A stretch of DNA of 64,000 nt from Bdellovibrionota bacterium (lineage in GTDB: Bacteria > Bdellovibrionota_C > UBA2361 > CALJRW01), in the NCBI GenBank assembly GCA_041740355.1, contig JBGSMD010000061.1, forward strand, positions 1 through 64,000. The letters are read 5' to 3'. Shown piece after piece: positions 18,783 through 30,700 of the stretch. Each line of letters begins with the position of its first letter. Position 1 is the stretch's first letter. Under the pieces are notes generated by a model, which was not told where the DNA came from, did no database searches, and saw nothing but the letters and a program-made list of their open reading frames with translations. Both the position numbers and the translations under genes were made by a program.

Positions 18783-21700
18783 TTATAGAAAGTTCAGCAC
18801 TGGCCTTCCAAAGAGCTGTTCAATTTGTTCGCAAAGCTCTTCCGAAGGACGGACTGAAATTGGAACGTTCCGACCGTCCTTAAGAATAAACTGAATTTGC
18901 TCATCCTGAAAGTCAAACTTTACTTTTAAAGGGACATCTCCCCGATATTTATTAATAATACTTAGTAATTCTTCTTTGTGAGAGGTTAATTGGTCAGCTT
19001 GTTTAAAAACTAAGACACCCTGGGTTGCCCGGCGATCACGGAGCTCAATTAAAGATTCTAAATTCTCAATCACAAAAGTTGAGCGCTCATCACCAACATC
19101 AATACGTCCTGTGGCAATTACAGGAGCTGAGCCTTCCAATAATTCACCTACTTTTAAATAGGTATCTGGCCAGACTAACGATTCGATTGTTCCCGACATA
19201 TCTTCAAAAACAAGACTAGCATACCTTGTGCCCTTTTTAGTATTTTTTAGTTTTAAAGCTGTAACTACTCCACCAATTCGAACCTTGGCACTGGCATTAT
19301 TATCTTTAACTTCACTAATTGATTTAGTTCCAAGTGCTTTAAGGTAATTATAAAATTTCTCAATTGGATGGCCAGAAAGATAAAACCCTAAAGCATCCCG
19401 TTCGTTAGAAAGCTTCTGGTTAATTGGCCACTCCGCCCGATTAGTATTGCGAACTGGAACTGTACGACTCATAACTTCTGCCGAGAATAAGCTTATCTGA
19501 TTAGTATCTTGTTCCTTCTGTAAATTTTGAGCAGCACGCATCACAGGCTCTAAACGTTCCATCAATTCATTTCGACTTAGCCCGGAGAAGTCAAATCCAC
19601 CTGAGCGTATTAAATTTTCCATCACCCTTTTATTTAAGGCTTGAATCTCCACCCGACTAACTAAATCTTCTAGACCTTCAAATGGTCCTCCCTCTTCTCG
19701 GGCTTTGACAATGGCATCAACAGCTTTATCACCAACTCCTTTAACAGCAGACATGCCAAAGCGAATTACTCTTTCTTCCACGGAAAAGTCAGCAAAACTT
19801 TTATTTACATCTGGAGGTAAAACTTTTATTTGATGACGACGACACTCGTTCATGTTCTTTAAGACCTTATCGCTATCATCCATCTCATGTGACATTAAGG
19901 CAGCCATAAACTCTACAGGATAATGTGCTCGCAAGTAAGCAGTCTGATAGGAAATCATGGCATAAGCAGCGGAGTGACTACGGTTAAATCCATAACGAGC
20001 AAAGGTTTCCATCTGATCAAAGATTTCTTCAGCTAAGCGATCCACAATATTATTTTTCTTGGCACCAGCTAAAAAACGATTCCTTTGTTTGGCCATCTCT
20101 GCTGGATCTTTTTTCCCCATGGCTCGTCTTAAAAGATCAGCTTCTCCTAAACTATAACCAGACAAAACCTGCGCAAGTTGCATGATCTGTTCCTGATAAA
20201 CAATAATTCCATAAGTATCACTTAAGGTAATCTGCATGTCTGGATGCAAGTAGGCCACTGGTTTACGACCATGCTTGCGATCAATGTAATGATCCACCAT
20301 CCCGGCATCTAATGGCCCCGGACGATAAAGCGCTAAAATTGCAACCAGATCATTGAAACAACTAGGCTTTAAGCGCATCGTCATGTCAGTAATACCGGAA
20401 GATTCTAATTGAAAAACTCCGGTTGTATTCCCAGCACACAACATGGAATATGTCTTACTATCATTAAGGCGTAAATTATTTGGATCTAATTGTAAATCTT
20501 GCGAAGCCTTAATTAATTTTACTGCCGTGTTAATCACGGTTAAAGTTTTAAGTCCTAAGAAATCAAACTTAACAAGGCCAATTTTCTCCACATATTTCAT
20601 GGAATATTGAGTGACATCTTTTCCATCCTTATCAACCATCATTGGAAGCATTTCATCTAAAGGTCTGTCACCAATTACAACTCCAGCTGCATGGGTTGAA
20701 GTATGTCGGTTTAAACCTTCAAGCTTTAGAGCTAATTCTATTAATTCCTTACCTTCTCCTTTTGCATACTCCGCTAAACGCGGTTCCATTTTTATTGCTT
20801 CAGTCAGAGGATAATCAAATCCCTGACGAGGTGCTGGAACCAATTGTGCTATCCGATCTGTTTCGGCATATGACATTCCAAGAGCACGACCAACATCCTT
20901 AATTGCTGCTTTTGCTTTAAGTGTTCCAAAAGTAGCAATTTGGGCAACCTTGTCGGCGCCATATTTATCAACTACATATTTAATAACGCGGTCACGTCCA
21001 TTGATACAAAAATCGACGTCGATATCAGGCATCGAGATACGTTCTGGATTTAAAAATCTTTCAAAAAGTAATTTGTGAATAATTGGATCCACTTCAGTAA
21101 TTCTAAGGGCGTAAGCCACAAGTGATCCCGCAGCACTACCACGACCAGGACCCACTGGTACATCTTGCTCTTTCGCCCAATTAATAAAATCAGCCACCAC
21201 TAGAAAATAACCAGCAAATCCCATCTTAATTAATATACCTAATTCAATTTCTAGGCGTTCATGATATTCTTTTTCAGAATTTGCATCCCACTCTTCCCGA
21301 TCTTTGATCTGCTGAAACCGAGCTTGTAAACCTTCTCGCGATAAAATCTGTAGTTCTTCATCTAAAGTTTTTTCCGGAGGCAACTCATAGCGCGGCATGT
21401 AGTAAGTATTGAAATCGAACTTTAAATCACAACGTTCCGCAATCATTACAGTATGCTTAATTGCTTCCTCAGCAAAACGACAAGTTGCTCCAAACTCACG
21501 CAGCATCTCTTCGGAAGTTTTTAAATGCAGATTAACTCCTTCATGTCGAATTCGATCAGGATCTGTAATTTGTTTTCCAGTGGATACACACATCAAAACT
21601 TCTTGAGCGTAATGGTCAGTGGCTTCCGGGTAATGGCAATCAGTGGTTGCTACAATAGCTACCCCGATCTCTTTCGCATAATCAGCTAAAACCTTATTCA

Positions 21701-22259
21701 TGTTTTGCTGCAATGTTATTTGGTGTGGCTGGACTTCTAGGAAATAATCTTCCTTAAATATCGAAGAGTACCACTCCACCCTTTGTTTCAATTCGCGGTC
21801 TTGCTGGAGGGTAATTAAATTTCCGAGTTCACTATTTAGACAGCCACTTAAGACAATTAAACCTTCGGAATACTGTGCTAAGATTTCATGATCAATTCGC
21901 GGTTTAAAATAAAAGCCTTCTTTATAGGCTAGACTAATAAGTTTGCAGAGATTGGTGTAACCTTTGTTATTTTTAGCAACAACAGTTAAGTGATTTATGG
22001 CTTCCCCCCCCTGAGCACGAGATACTCGTTCATGTCGTGAACCTGCGGTAATATAAAACTCACAACCAATAATCGGTTTAATTTTATGATCCTTACAGGC
22101 ACTATAGAACTCTAAGGCTCCGTGCATATTTCCATGATCAGTAATAGCGATAGCTGGTTGTCCTAACTTTGCTGCCCGTTCTACGATATTGGGTAACTTA
22201 TTTACCCCGTCAAGTAGACTATATTGAGTATGTAAATGGAGGTGGACAAATTGAGACAC
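18783..22259 (-). CDS. dnaE: DNA polymerase III alpha subunit
   Basis: FVHLHLHTQYSLLDG PHP domain, GPGRGSAAGS, PDIDVDF, KFDFLGL, YGFNRSHS; GTG start. Confidence 0.98.
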   Translation of the reverse strand: MSQFVHLHLHTQYSLLDGVNKLPNIVERAAKLGQPAIAITDHGNMHGALEFYSACKDHKIKPIIGCEFYITAGSRHERVSRAQGGEAINHLTVVAKNNKGYTNLCKLISLAYKEGFYFKPRIDHEILAQYSEGLIVLSGCLNSELGNLITLQQDRELKQRVEWYSSIFKEDYFLEVQPHQITLQQNMNKVLADYAKEIGVAIVATTDCHYPEATDHYAQEVLMCVSTGKQITDPDRIRHEGVNLHLKTSEEMLREFGATCRFAEEAIKHTVMIAERCDLKFDFNTYYMPRYELPPEKTLDEELQILSREGLQARFQQIKDREEWDANSEKEYHERLEIELGILIKMGFAGYFLVVADFINWAKEQDVPVGPGRGSAAGSLVAYALRITEVDPIIHKLLFERFLNPERISMPDIDVDFCINGRDRVIKYVVDKYGADKVAQIATFGTLKAKAAIKDVGRALGMSYAETDRIAQLVPAPRQGFDYPLTEAIKMEPRLAEYAKGEGKELIELALKLEGLNRHTSTHAAGVVIGDRPLDEMLPMMVDKDGKDVTQYSMKYVEKIGLVKFDFLGLKTLTVINTAVKLIKASQDLQLDPNNLRLNDSKTYSMLCAGNTTGVFQLESSGITDMTMRLKPSCFNDLVAILALYRPGPLDAGMVDHYIDRKHGRKPVAYLHPDMQITLSDTYGIIVYQEQIMQLAQVLSGYSLGEADLLRRAMGKKDPAEMAKQRNRFLAGAKKNNIVDRLAEEIFDQMETFARYGFNRSHSAAYAMISYQTAYLRAHYPVEFMAALMSHEMDDSDKVLKNMNECRRHQIKVLPPDVNKSFADFSVEERVIRFGMSAVKGVGDKAVDAIVKAREEGGPFEGLEDLVSRVEIQALNKRVMENLIRSGGFDFSGLSRNELMERLEPVMRAAQNLQKEQDTNQISLFSAEVMSRTVPVRNTNRAEWPINQKLSNERDALGFYLSGHPIEKFYNYLKALGTKSISEVKDNNASAKVRIGGVVTALKLKNTKKGTRYASLVFEDMSGTIESLVWPDTYLKVGELLEGSAPVIATGRIDVGDERSTFVIENLESLIELRDRRATQGVLVFKQADQLTSHKEELLSIINKYRGDVPLKVKFDFQDEQIQFILKDGRNVPISVRPSEELCEQIEQLFGRPVLNFL

Positions 22260-22485
22260 GGCAAATATATTGTTTTAGAAAGAAATACTAAAAAAATTTC
22301 AAGTGAGTAATAAAATTCTTTGAAGATAGTAATGCTACATATAATATAAAAAATTTAAATTGAAGCCTTATTAGAATATTTTTTAGCAGTCTGATTGTCA
22401 AACGTTTCTCGAAATTAATTGCTGAAAGTATCTTTATCTACCGGACGTCTACTTAATTGGTAATAACAAATTTAAAGTTCACCTT

Positions 22486-22914
22486 ATGTCTAATACGATT
22501 GACCCAAAAATTATTGATTTAATCCAAAATGATAGTGAAGATTCCTTAAGCCAACATTTGGGAATTAAATTTACAAAGATTACCAAAGACTGCGTGGAAG
22601 CCACAATGCCTGTGGATCAACGAACAATTCAACGTTTTGGAATCTTACATGGCGGAGCTTCTGTAGCATTAGCCGAAACTGTTGCTTCCGTGGCTGGCTG
22701 GTTAAATATTGATTTTGAACGACAAGCTGTTGTTGGATTAGAAATTAATGCTAATCACTTACGTTCCGTTCGATCGGGCCTAGTAACTGCAATCGCTACG
22801 CCAATTAAGATTGGCAAATTAATTCATGTCTGGAATATTGAAATTAGAACCGAACAAAATGAATTAAATTGTATTTCTCGTTGTACCTTAGCCGTCATTG
22901 ACCGAATTAAATAA
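22486..22914 (+). CDS. menI: Hotdog-fold thioesterase (DHNA-CoA hydrolase-like)
   Basis: Q.FGILHGGASVALAET, VGLEINANH; translationally coupled to menA. Confidence 0.8.
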   Translation: MSNTIDPKIIDLIQNDSEDSLSQHLGIKFTKITKDCVEATMPVDQRTIQRFGILHGGASVALAETVASVAGWLNIDFERQAVVGLEINANHLRSVRSGLVTAIATPIKIGKLIHVWNIEIRTEQNELNCISRCTLAVIDRIK

Positions 22915-23813
22915 TGTTTAAGAGCCTCTATTATCTAATTCTAGCCTGTCGACCGCTGACACTTTTTGTAGCAACACTTCCTGTCAGCCTCGCCATTACT
23001 TTAGTAGTTAAGGATAAATTATTTGCGATAACTCCGGAGATCTTGCCAGCAAACATAATTATCAGTCTAAATATTTTAATTGTTGCTGGCCTAATTCAAA
23101 TTATTTCCAATTTAGCAAACGATTATTTCGATTTTAAAAAAGGTACCGATCAGCAACTTACAGGAAGGCGTAAGGTATTGCCTACAAAATTAGTTCATCC
23201 GAAGTTTTTCTTAATCTTTTTATTAAATATTTGTTTTTTAACAGTTATCTTGGCTATTCCATTGGTTATACTTGGTGGAATTCCAATTATTGCTATTGGT
23301 ATTTCGGCAATTATTCTAGCTTTTTTTTATTCAGCCACAAAATACTCCTTGGCTAATAATTATCTATCCGAATTATTTATCTTCCTATATTTTGGTCCAC
23401 TTGCCACTGCCGGCACTTATTATCTATTAACAGTTTCTTTAACGATTCCCGCATTAGCAATCGGGGTTTGTTCAGGATTACTAGGAATTGCACTGCTCGA
23501 AGTAAATAATCTTCGTGACTATCAAACAGATTTAAATGCCGGGAGAAAAAACTTGGTAACAAAATTTGGAATTAAAGAAAATTTAAGATTTCTAAACTAT
23601 CTTTATTTTACCACTCCATTTTTTCTACTATTTTTTGGACTAAAATGGCATATTTGGCTTTTAATTATTCCAGCTTTCTGCTACGCAGTATACCTTAGCT
23701 ACTTAACTAGAAAGACTCCAATAAACTACAAATTATTATTCTTTAATACGATTGGCTTAATCTTCTTACTACAAGTTTTGTCAATTGCAGCTTGCATACT
23801 GAGACTTAACTAA
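22914..23813 (+). CDS. menA: 1,4-dihydroxy-2-naphthoate prenyltransferase
   Basis: RP.TL, NLANDYFDFKKGTD, VNNLRDYQTD..AGR UbiA/MenA Asp-rich motifs. Confidence 0.9.
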   Translation: MFKSLYYLILACRPLTLFVATLPVSLAITLVVKDKLFAITPEILPANIIISLNILIVAGLIQIISNLANDYFDFKKGTDQQLTGRRKVLPTKLVHPKFFLIFLLNICFLTVILAIPLVILGGIPIIAIGISAIILAFFYSATKYSLANNYLSELFIFLYFGPLATAGTYYLLTVSLTIPALAIGVCSGLLGIALLEVNNLRDYQTDLNAGRKNLVTKFGIKENLRFLNYLYFTTPFFLLFFGLKWHIWLLIIPAFCYAVYLSYLTRKTPINYKLLFFNTIGLIFLLQVLSIAACILRLN

Positions 23814-25095
23814 CAATTACTCTGACCTGATTTATTCGATTATCTGCTAATCCCTCGATAATTAACTTAAAGCCATTATATACTAAGACTTCTCCTTGAT
23901 TAGGAATTTTTCCCAATTGGTGAATAATAAATCCGGCGATCGTATCATATTCACCTTCCGGCAATTTTAAATCATATTCCTCATTTAAGTCATCAACTAA
24001 AGCTCCACCATCAACAATCAAATCGCCAGAAAGTGTTTGTTTAAAGTCAGGTTCTTCCTCGTAATCAGACTCATCAAAGATATCCCCAACAATCTCTTCT
24101 AAGACATCTTCCATGGTAATAATCCCATCTACACCACCATGTTCATCTACAACGACAGCGATATGTGCCTTTTCCGTACGAAATTTGGTAAGTAATTCTA
24201 ACAAATCCAAGCTTCCGGGTATAAAAAGAACTGGTCGTATTAATTTAGCAATTTTAGCCACATTTACTTCTTGTCCTAATAAAGGAACAAGTTCTCTAAC
24301 TAATAAAAATCCTTTGACCTGATCTAAGTTCTCACCGATTACTAAAATTCGGGAATATTCAGAGTCCACAACTTCTTTGAGGATATCTTCCACAGTGTTG
24401 TTTAGTGAAATTGAAACTATATCCTGACGCGGTGTCATTACCTGATCCACCTCAGTTTCTGATAAATCAACTACCCCTTTTAACATTGCCAGTTCATCCT
24501 GACTTTCTTCGGTATTATCAGAGAAGTCGACTAACTCCACGATATCTTCCATCGTCACACTTTGTTGACTTTCTACAGGGTTTTCCAAGGAAAACTTACC
24601 AGAAAACATTCCTCCTAATAAATCAGCCAAATAAGCCAAAGGATAAAAAATATAAATTAAGGGAGTAATAAATGGGGCAATCAAACAAAGTGAGCGCTCT
24701 GGCACAGCATAGGAAACAGCCCAAGCAATTTGAACTAAGACTAAAGCTGCTACTAAGCAGATTACTACTAGGATTAAACCAAAACTAATATTGCTGATTT
24801 CCGAGTTTGGAAAAAAAGAACCAAGCACATTCCCCTGAAACACTTCCAGAAGAACAAAGGCCATTAAGAAAAAGAAAAAGAATCTCCAAGCTTGCGCTGA
24901 CAGCGTGTTGATCGAAGCCGACTGCAACAACTTAACAGCAGATTGCTTACCAAAGTTAACATTAAAATCATCGGCAATAATTTTCTTAATTCGAGCCGTT
25001 CGCAATGTTGAAGATACCAATACAAAAACTGCATGCATCAAAAGTAAGAATGGAAGAATTAATAGGAAAACTAGTCCCGAGGCACTATCAGACAT
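23806..25095 (-). CDS. CNNM/DUF21-CBS-CorC family membrane protein (hemolysin-like)
   Basis: N-terminal TM bundle, VMTPR, YSRI, VVDEHGG..GIITMEDVLEEIVGDI, YDTIAG. Confidence 0.9.
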   Translation of the reverse strand: MSDSASGLVFLLILPFLLLMHAVFVLVSSTLRTARIKKIIADDFNVNFGKQSAVKLLQSASINTLSAQAWRFFFFFLMAFVLLEVFQGNVLGSFFPNSEISNISFGLILVVICLVAALVLVQIAWAVSYAVPERSLCLIAPFITPLIYIFYPLAYLADLLGGMFSGKFSLENPVESQQSVTMEDIVELVDFSDNTEESQDELAMLKGVVDLSETEVDQVMTPRQDIVSISLNNTVEDILKEVVDSEYSRILVIGENLDQVKGFLLVRELVPLLGQEVNVAKIAKLIRPVLFIPGSLDLLELLTKFRTEKAHIAVVVDEHGGVDGIITMEDVLEEIVGDIFDESDYEEEPDFKQTLSGDLIVDGGALVDDLNEEYDLKLPEGEYDTIAGFIIHQLGKIPNQGEVLVYNGFKLIIEGLADNRINQVRVIVS

Positions 25096-25347
25096 TATGC
25101 TATTTGATTAAGAAAAACAGAGATTCGATTGTGATGAGTTTTGGGTCAGGATCCATATGCTTTGTTATGTAAGTTTGCTTGGATTCAGCTCAAATGTCAA
25201 TAAATTAATCTAATCATTCTTGTGAGCCGTTCATTTAAGAATAAAAAGAATTGACTACCCTCTGCTAACTTCGATTGCAAAGAATTTCATCAGATTTTTA
25301 AAGAAAAATGATAGTCATAGTTTACTTAATTAAGTAATAATGACCAA

Positions 25348-27564
25348 ATGGATATTAATACAGCTTCAAGAGAAATCATGTGGAACGTGTCGCACGTTTC
25401 CAATACTATAATCATGTATGCCCTCCTGCTACTATCCCTAATAATTGGATTTAATGGAGTCTTTCGACAGTTTGAACTTTGGAAATCTGGAAAACCGGCA
25501 CCAGAACACACCGGTAATTATCTGCAAAGATTTAAAGATATTTTCCTTTGGGGTTTCCTGCAACATGGTGTTGTAAAAGAAAAATCAATTGCCGTGGCTC
25601 ACACACTTGTTTACATCGGATTTTTAGCGCTACTTTTTACAACAACCATGGTTTTTATCGATCATGATCTTGGTTTGTTATGGGATGGTTTTAAAATTTA
25701 TGATGGTAAATTTTATTTAGGTGTCACTATCATGAGCGATGTGCTTGGCCTTGGGTTAATCCTTGGTTGTGCCATGATTGCCAAAAGAAGATATTTCGAT
25801 CTTACTGACAAACTGCACAATCGAGTTGCCGATTACTTTTTTCTAATAACTTTAGTTCTACTTTGCGTGCAAGGCTTCCTAATTGAAGGATTAAGAATTC
25901 ATGCCACAAACGATCCTTGGGCTGCCTATTCCCCTGTTGGATTTTTAGTTGCCAAGTTTTTTTGGTTTTTATCAGAGCCAGCGACTCGCTGGGTGCACTT
26001 TGGACTTTGGTGGTTTCATACAATCACTGTTTTTATTGTGATTGCAATTACCCCTTACACTAAATTTTTTCATATCATCGCTAGCTCCGTTAATCTTTAT
26101 TTTCGTTCTAATCAGCGACCTAAGGGCTCATTAAAAAACATTGGCGACTTGCAAAAATTAATGGAAGAAGCGACTGATGATTTTAATCTGGGTACTGACA
26201 CGATCAAAGACTACAACTGGAAACAGTTAATGGATTTAGATGCTTGTACTAGTTGTGGCAGATGTCAGGATGTCTGCCCAGCTTACAGTTCTGGAAAACC
26301 GCTGTCTCCAAAATGGTTAATCTTAGATACTAGAAACCATGCTCTGGCCTTAAATGCTAATGATCAATTAGCACCTTCGCTCGTTCCTAAGTTTTTTAGA
26401 AATATTGATAAATTCTTAACCACTGAATTCTTTTTAAAATCATCTGGAGTTCGTGAAGCAGAGGGTAAACTTGTTGCAAGTGGTGATTATCGCGGAGCAA
26501 ACGTAGCCGTTCAAAGCTCCCTTTGGTCCCTTGGGCAAAGTGCCGATCAATCAATCTCTGGATCGGTGATGGATCCAAATGTTTTTTGGTCCTGCACTAC
26601 TTGTTATGCCTGCGTTACCGCTTGTCCTGTAGGAATTAATCATGTGGATCAGATTATGTCTAACCGTCGGAACATGGTGATGATGAAAGGTGAAATTCCG
26701 AGCGAAGCTCAAGCGAGCCTTAGAATGTTAGAATCTCAAGGCAACCCTTACGGAGCGGCTGAAGATCGCAGCAAATGGTATAACGATTTAGACTTACCAA
26801 TCGTAAAGGCTGGTGACGAAGTAGATTACCTTTATTGGGTTGGGTGTGTTTCGGCCTTTGATCCCCGCAAGCAAAAAATTGCTCGCTCGCTTGTTAAGAT
26901 TATGCAAACTGCGGGACTGTCCTTTGGAATCCTTGGTAATGCTGAAGGTTGTACGGGAGATCCTGCCAGAAGACTTGGGGATGAAAATCTTTTTCAAACT
27001 TTAGCCAAAAGCAACATTGAAACACTCAAGTCAGTAAAATTTAAAAATATTGTAGCGAATTGTCCACACTGTTTTAACACGATCAAAAATGAGTATCCAC
27101 AATTTGGAAATTTAGGTGAAGGTCGTGAACCAAATATTATTCATCACTCCAAGTTGATTAAGCAATTATTAGCTGAGGAGAAAATCAAACTAGATCCGAA
27201 TGCTACCTCTTATACTTTTCATGACCCTTGCTACTTAGGGCGTTACAATGATGAGTATGATGCTCCGCGTGAAGTAGTAGCAAAATCATCTAAGCTTAAG
27301 GTATTAGAGATGGAACAAAGTCGTGAAAAAGGTAAATGTTGCGGGGCTGGTGGTGGTCATTTCTGGATGGATTTAAAGCAAGGTGAAAGAATTAACGTCC
27401 AACGAGTGAACCAAGCGGAAGCAACAGGAGCAGAAAAGATTGCTACTGGCTGTCCATTCTGTTTACAGATGATGGAAGATGGTGTGAAAATTAATTCATC
27501 AAAAATGGAAGTGCAAGACTTAGCAGAGATTATCGCCGAAAGATTAATTATAGTAAATCCATAA
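25348..27564 (+). CDS. fadF: Membrane Fe-S oxidoreductase (NarI-like + 2x4Fe-4S + CCG domains), FadF/HdrD type
   Basis: CTSCGRCQDVCP, CTTCYACVTACP, CPHC, HDPCYLGR, CCGAGGG, CPFC. Confidence 0.85.
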   Translation: MDINTASREIMWNVSHVSNTIIMYALLLLSLIIGFNGVFRQFELWKSGKPAPEHTGNYLQRFKDIFLWGFLQHGVVKEKSIAVAHTLVYIGFLALLFTTTMVFIDHDLGLLWDGFKIYDGKFYLGVTIMSDVLGLGLILGCAMIAKRRYFDLTDKLHNRVADYFFLITLVLLCVQGFLIEGLRIHATNDPWAAYSPVGFLVAKFFWFLSEPATRWVHFGLWWFHTITVFIVIAITPYTKFFHIIASSVNLYFRSNQRPKGSLKNIGDLQKLMEEATDDFNLGTDTIKDYNWKQLMDLDACTSCGRCQDVCPAYSSGKPLSPKWLILDTRNHALALNANDQLAPSLVPKFFRNIDKFLTTEFFLKSSGVREAEGKLVASGDYRGANVAVQSSLWSLGQSADQSISGSVMDPNVFWSCTTCYACVTACPVGINHVDQIMSNRRNMVMMKGEIPSEAQASLRMLESQGNPYGAAEDRSKWYNDLDLPIVKAGDEVDYLYWVGCVSAFDPRKQKIARSLVKIMQTAGLSFGILGNAEGCTGDPARRLGDENLFQTLAKSNIETLKSVKFKNIVANCPHCFNTIKNEYPQFGNLGEGREPNIIHHSKLIKQLLAEEKIKLDPNATSYTFHDPCYLGRYNDEYDAPREVVAKSSKLKVLEMEQSREKGKCCGAGGGHFWMDLKQGERINVQRVNQAEATGAEKIATGCPFCLQMMEDGVKINSSKMEVQDLAEIIAERLIIVNP

Positions 27565-27774
27565 TGCATTTCAGAAAAAATGCCGAATTGATGCTTCGCT
27601 AACATTCTTTAATATTATTATCCTGTACTATCTTAGATTGAAAGTTACTGACAAACTTATATTTTTGGGTTTACTATCTGTCTCTGCTCCCTTTGGTCAC
27701 ATCTATCAGGCTATATCTTATAATTTCTATTCGGGAATTAATTAATTTAGTTCAGTACCTCTATAGCTCAGCTG

Positions 27775-30700
27775 CTATCTAATTCTAGTAGCAGTTGGAG
27801 TCTGAGGTCTTCTCAAATTTTTATCATCAATTTGGACTAAGAAATCAATTAATTCCTGTTGAGCAGGAGTACTTAACTTTCTAACTTCTGCATGAGGGGT
27901 ATTTGCTGGCGCATTTGTTACATTAAAAACTTCATTTAATGTCTTCGCAGATCCATCATGAAGATATGGAGATGTTCCCCATAGACCTGTGAGTCTTGGA
28001 GTATCAAACCCATCCAAAACACCACCAAGTCTTTTTCCGGAATTTGGCTTAATTGTGCCAACATCATGTCTAATAAGTGGGGCTATTATCATACTATCAG
28101 TAAAAACTGGGGTTTTATGACAACTCTCACAACCTAGGTCACGAAAGTGCGAGCTTCCTCGTATTGCTGAAGGTGTTAACATCCCACTACTTGTCCTTTT
28201 TGGACTGGCCGGTACTGTGGTTAAAGATGCTACATACGACGCTAAATCATCAAGTTCTTGACTTAGCCCTTCCTTCTTAGATCCTAGTGGAGTTCGAGAG
28301 GCGAACTGCTGTGCGGAGTCACTTAGAAAACCTGTTCCTCCTAATCCAATTCGTATTTCATCAACTACTTTGCCGCGAATATCATGTTCAAAATCTTGGA
28401 TCTCATCAAAATTGCCAGAAGCATGAAGAACTCCATGTGCTGTACCTGATAATCCCTTTAACGAAGCGGTCTTTCTTAAACCCTCACCTCTGTCAGTGAA
28501 ATCCCAAACACGACCATCGTGTCCTCCATCGAAATGGCAACTGGCACAAGACATATAACCTACATCATTCATCCTTGTATCGTCTGCATTATAAAAAACT
28601 TTCTTCCCTCGGAGGACATTTTGAGCAAGTGATTCATTAACAACCGTAGCTGTATCTTTGACCTTAGTAAGTTCAAAACTAGTACCATTAATCAGCCCAG
28701 AGCTATCAATTGTTGTAACTGATCGACTTAGAAAGTTATGTACATATAATTTTTCACCACTAGTACTAAAGACTAAACCTAAAGGTCCAGATCCAACTTT
28801 GATACTCGTAAAAGGAATTCCTTCTGATGTTCTAAAAACTAGGACTTCGTCATTTAAAACAAATGTTCCAAAATAAATATCTCCATATGGACTAAAAGTA
28901 ATTGCAGAGGCCATGCCTTGATCATTCAGATCACTTCGATAATCTAGATTTTCTTGATTCGTGATCAGATCTAACCTACTAGTAATACTCCGAACAGTAT
29001 TCTCGGTCCCAAGTGGTAAGCCATCTCGAAATTTGCCACGGGCAGTATTATCTTTTTTTGCAGGAACAATAGCATGCTTTCCATCAGGAGAAATTGTTAT
29101 GCCAATTAAGTAGTTCGGCACTCCACGACCTGAGGCTGTAGTATCAAAACCATTATCAAAAACTAAATCAATCTTGCGAGTTTTTTGAAACGTATTGGCA
29201 TTAACTTCAAAGACTTCCCCAACATCAGTTAAACCATCAATGTATGGTGAGATAAATCTTGTTACAAAAATTCTGCTAGAATTAGAAGAAACAGCGATAC
29301 TTCGAATATCCAAGCCAAGTTCTACTTCACCAACTAACGCCTTAGAAGTGTTAAATTTTAACAGTTTCCCGGTTCCAGTAGAAGCGACATAGACAGCGGA
29401 ACCATTTGGAGCAAAAACCAAGCCCATTGGTCGTGATCCTCGAGCAATGGCAATTTGTTGTTTTTCAGCACCATTAGCAGCATTTAATACATAAATATTA
29501 TCAGATTCTTCGCAAGCTACCCAAATTTCTGAGCTATCAGAACTAAGCGCCAAGGATTGTGGGGTTTTTCCAACTGCAATTTCGAAATCCTTGTTACTTG
29601 TAACTCCATCGATTCGAGTCACGGTATTATTATCAGGATTCACATTCCAAACTTTATTTCTAGTGCTATCAAATATAATTGTACTAGAGTTTGTTGGTGA
29701 AATGCTTGTTCGTTCATAAACAACTAGAGTCAACGCTTTGCTGATCGTGCCTTTAGAATTTCGAACCCTAGCAGAGAGACTGTATCTTCCAGGAGTTGCA
29801 AAACTCTTTGTAAGGGTATTAGATGATGAAAACTCCGAGGATGTTCCGTCACCAAAACCAAATGAGTATTCATAAGGATTTTGCGCGGAAGATCCACTTG
29901 TTATAATTGTTAGAGTTGTATTTATACCAATTGCAACTGGAGATTGGGAAGCCGTAAAACTAGTAATTACAGGCAATGAAAAATTTTCACAAAGATCCCC
30001 GATTAAATTATTATTTACATCTGCCTGGTTTGCGTTGGAGATATTTGGACAATTATCGCAGATATCACCGATACCATCACTATCAACATCGGATTGATTA
30101 GCATTCGAAACTGTCGGACAGTTATCTAGTCCATTAGTAGCAAAAGTAAATCCGGTTACAGCGTTTGTACCAAAACAATTATTCGGATCTAACACTGAGG
30201 AATTTCTGATACCGTCTTGATCCGTATCTGGATATGCTCGGCGCCATTTAGAATTATCATTTGGCAAGCAGTCTAATGTATTAGCCGTATCATCACCATC
30301 GATATCAGAATCACAGACATCCCCGATACCATCATTCTCAAGATCATTCTGATTAGAATTCGAAATTATTGGACAATTGTCAGGCCCATTCATCGCAAAA
30401 GTAAATCCTGTACTTGCAGTTGTTCCAAAGCAATTATTAAGATCTAAAGTCGCAGTGTCTCTAACTCCATCTCGATCTGTATCTGCATACGCTCTACGCC
30501 ATTTGGAGTTATCAATAGGTGCACAATCAGAAGTATTTGGAGTACCATCTAGATCAGAATCTGTAAGACTGAAATCTGAGTCACAAAGATCTCCAATTCC
30601 ATCATTATCACTATCAGCCTGATTTTGATTGGAAACCGCAGGGCAGTTATCAGGTCCATTGGTTGCAAAAGTAAATCCAGTCCCAGCGTTTGTACCAAAA

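Noticed and set aside
18783-22259. Intein or split in dnaE
   Set aside because: Normal length (1158 aa) with contiguous motifs
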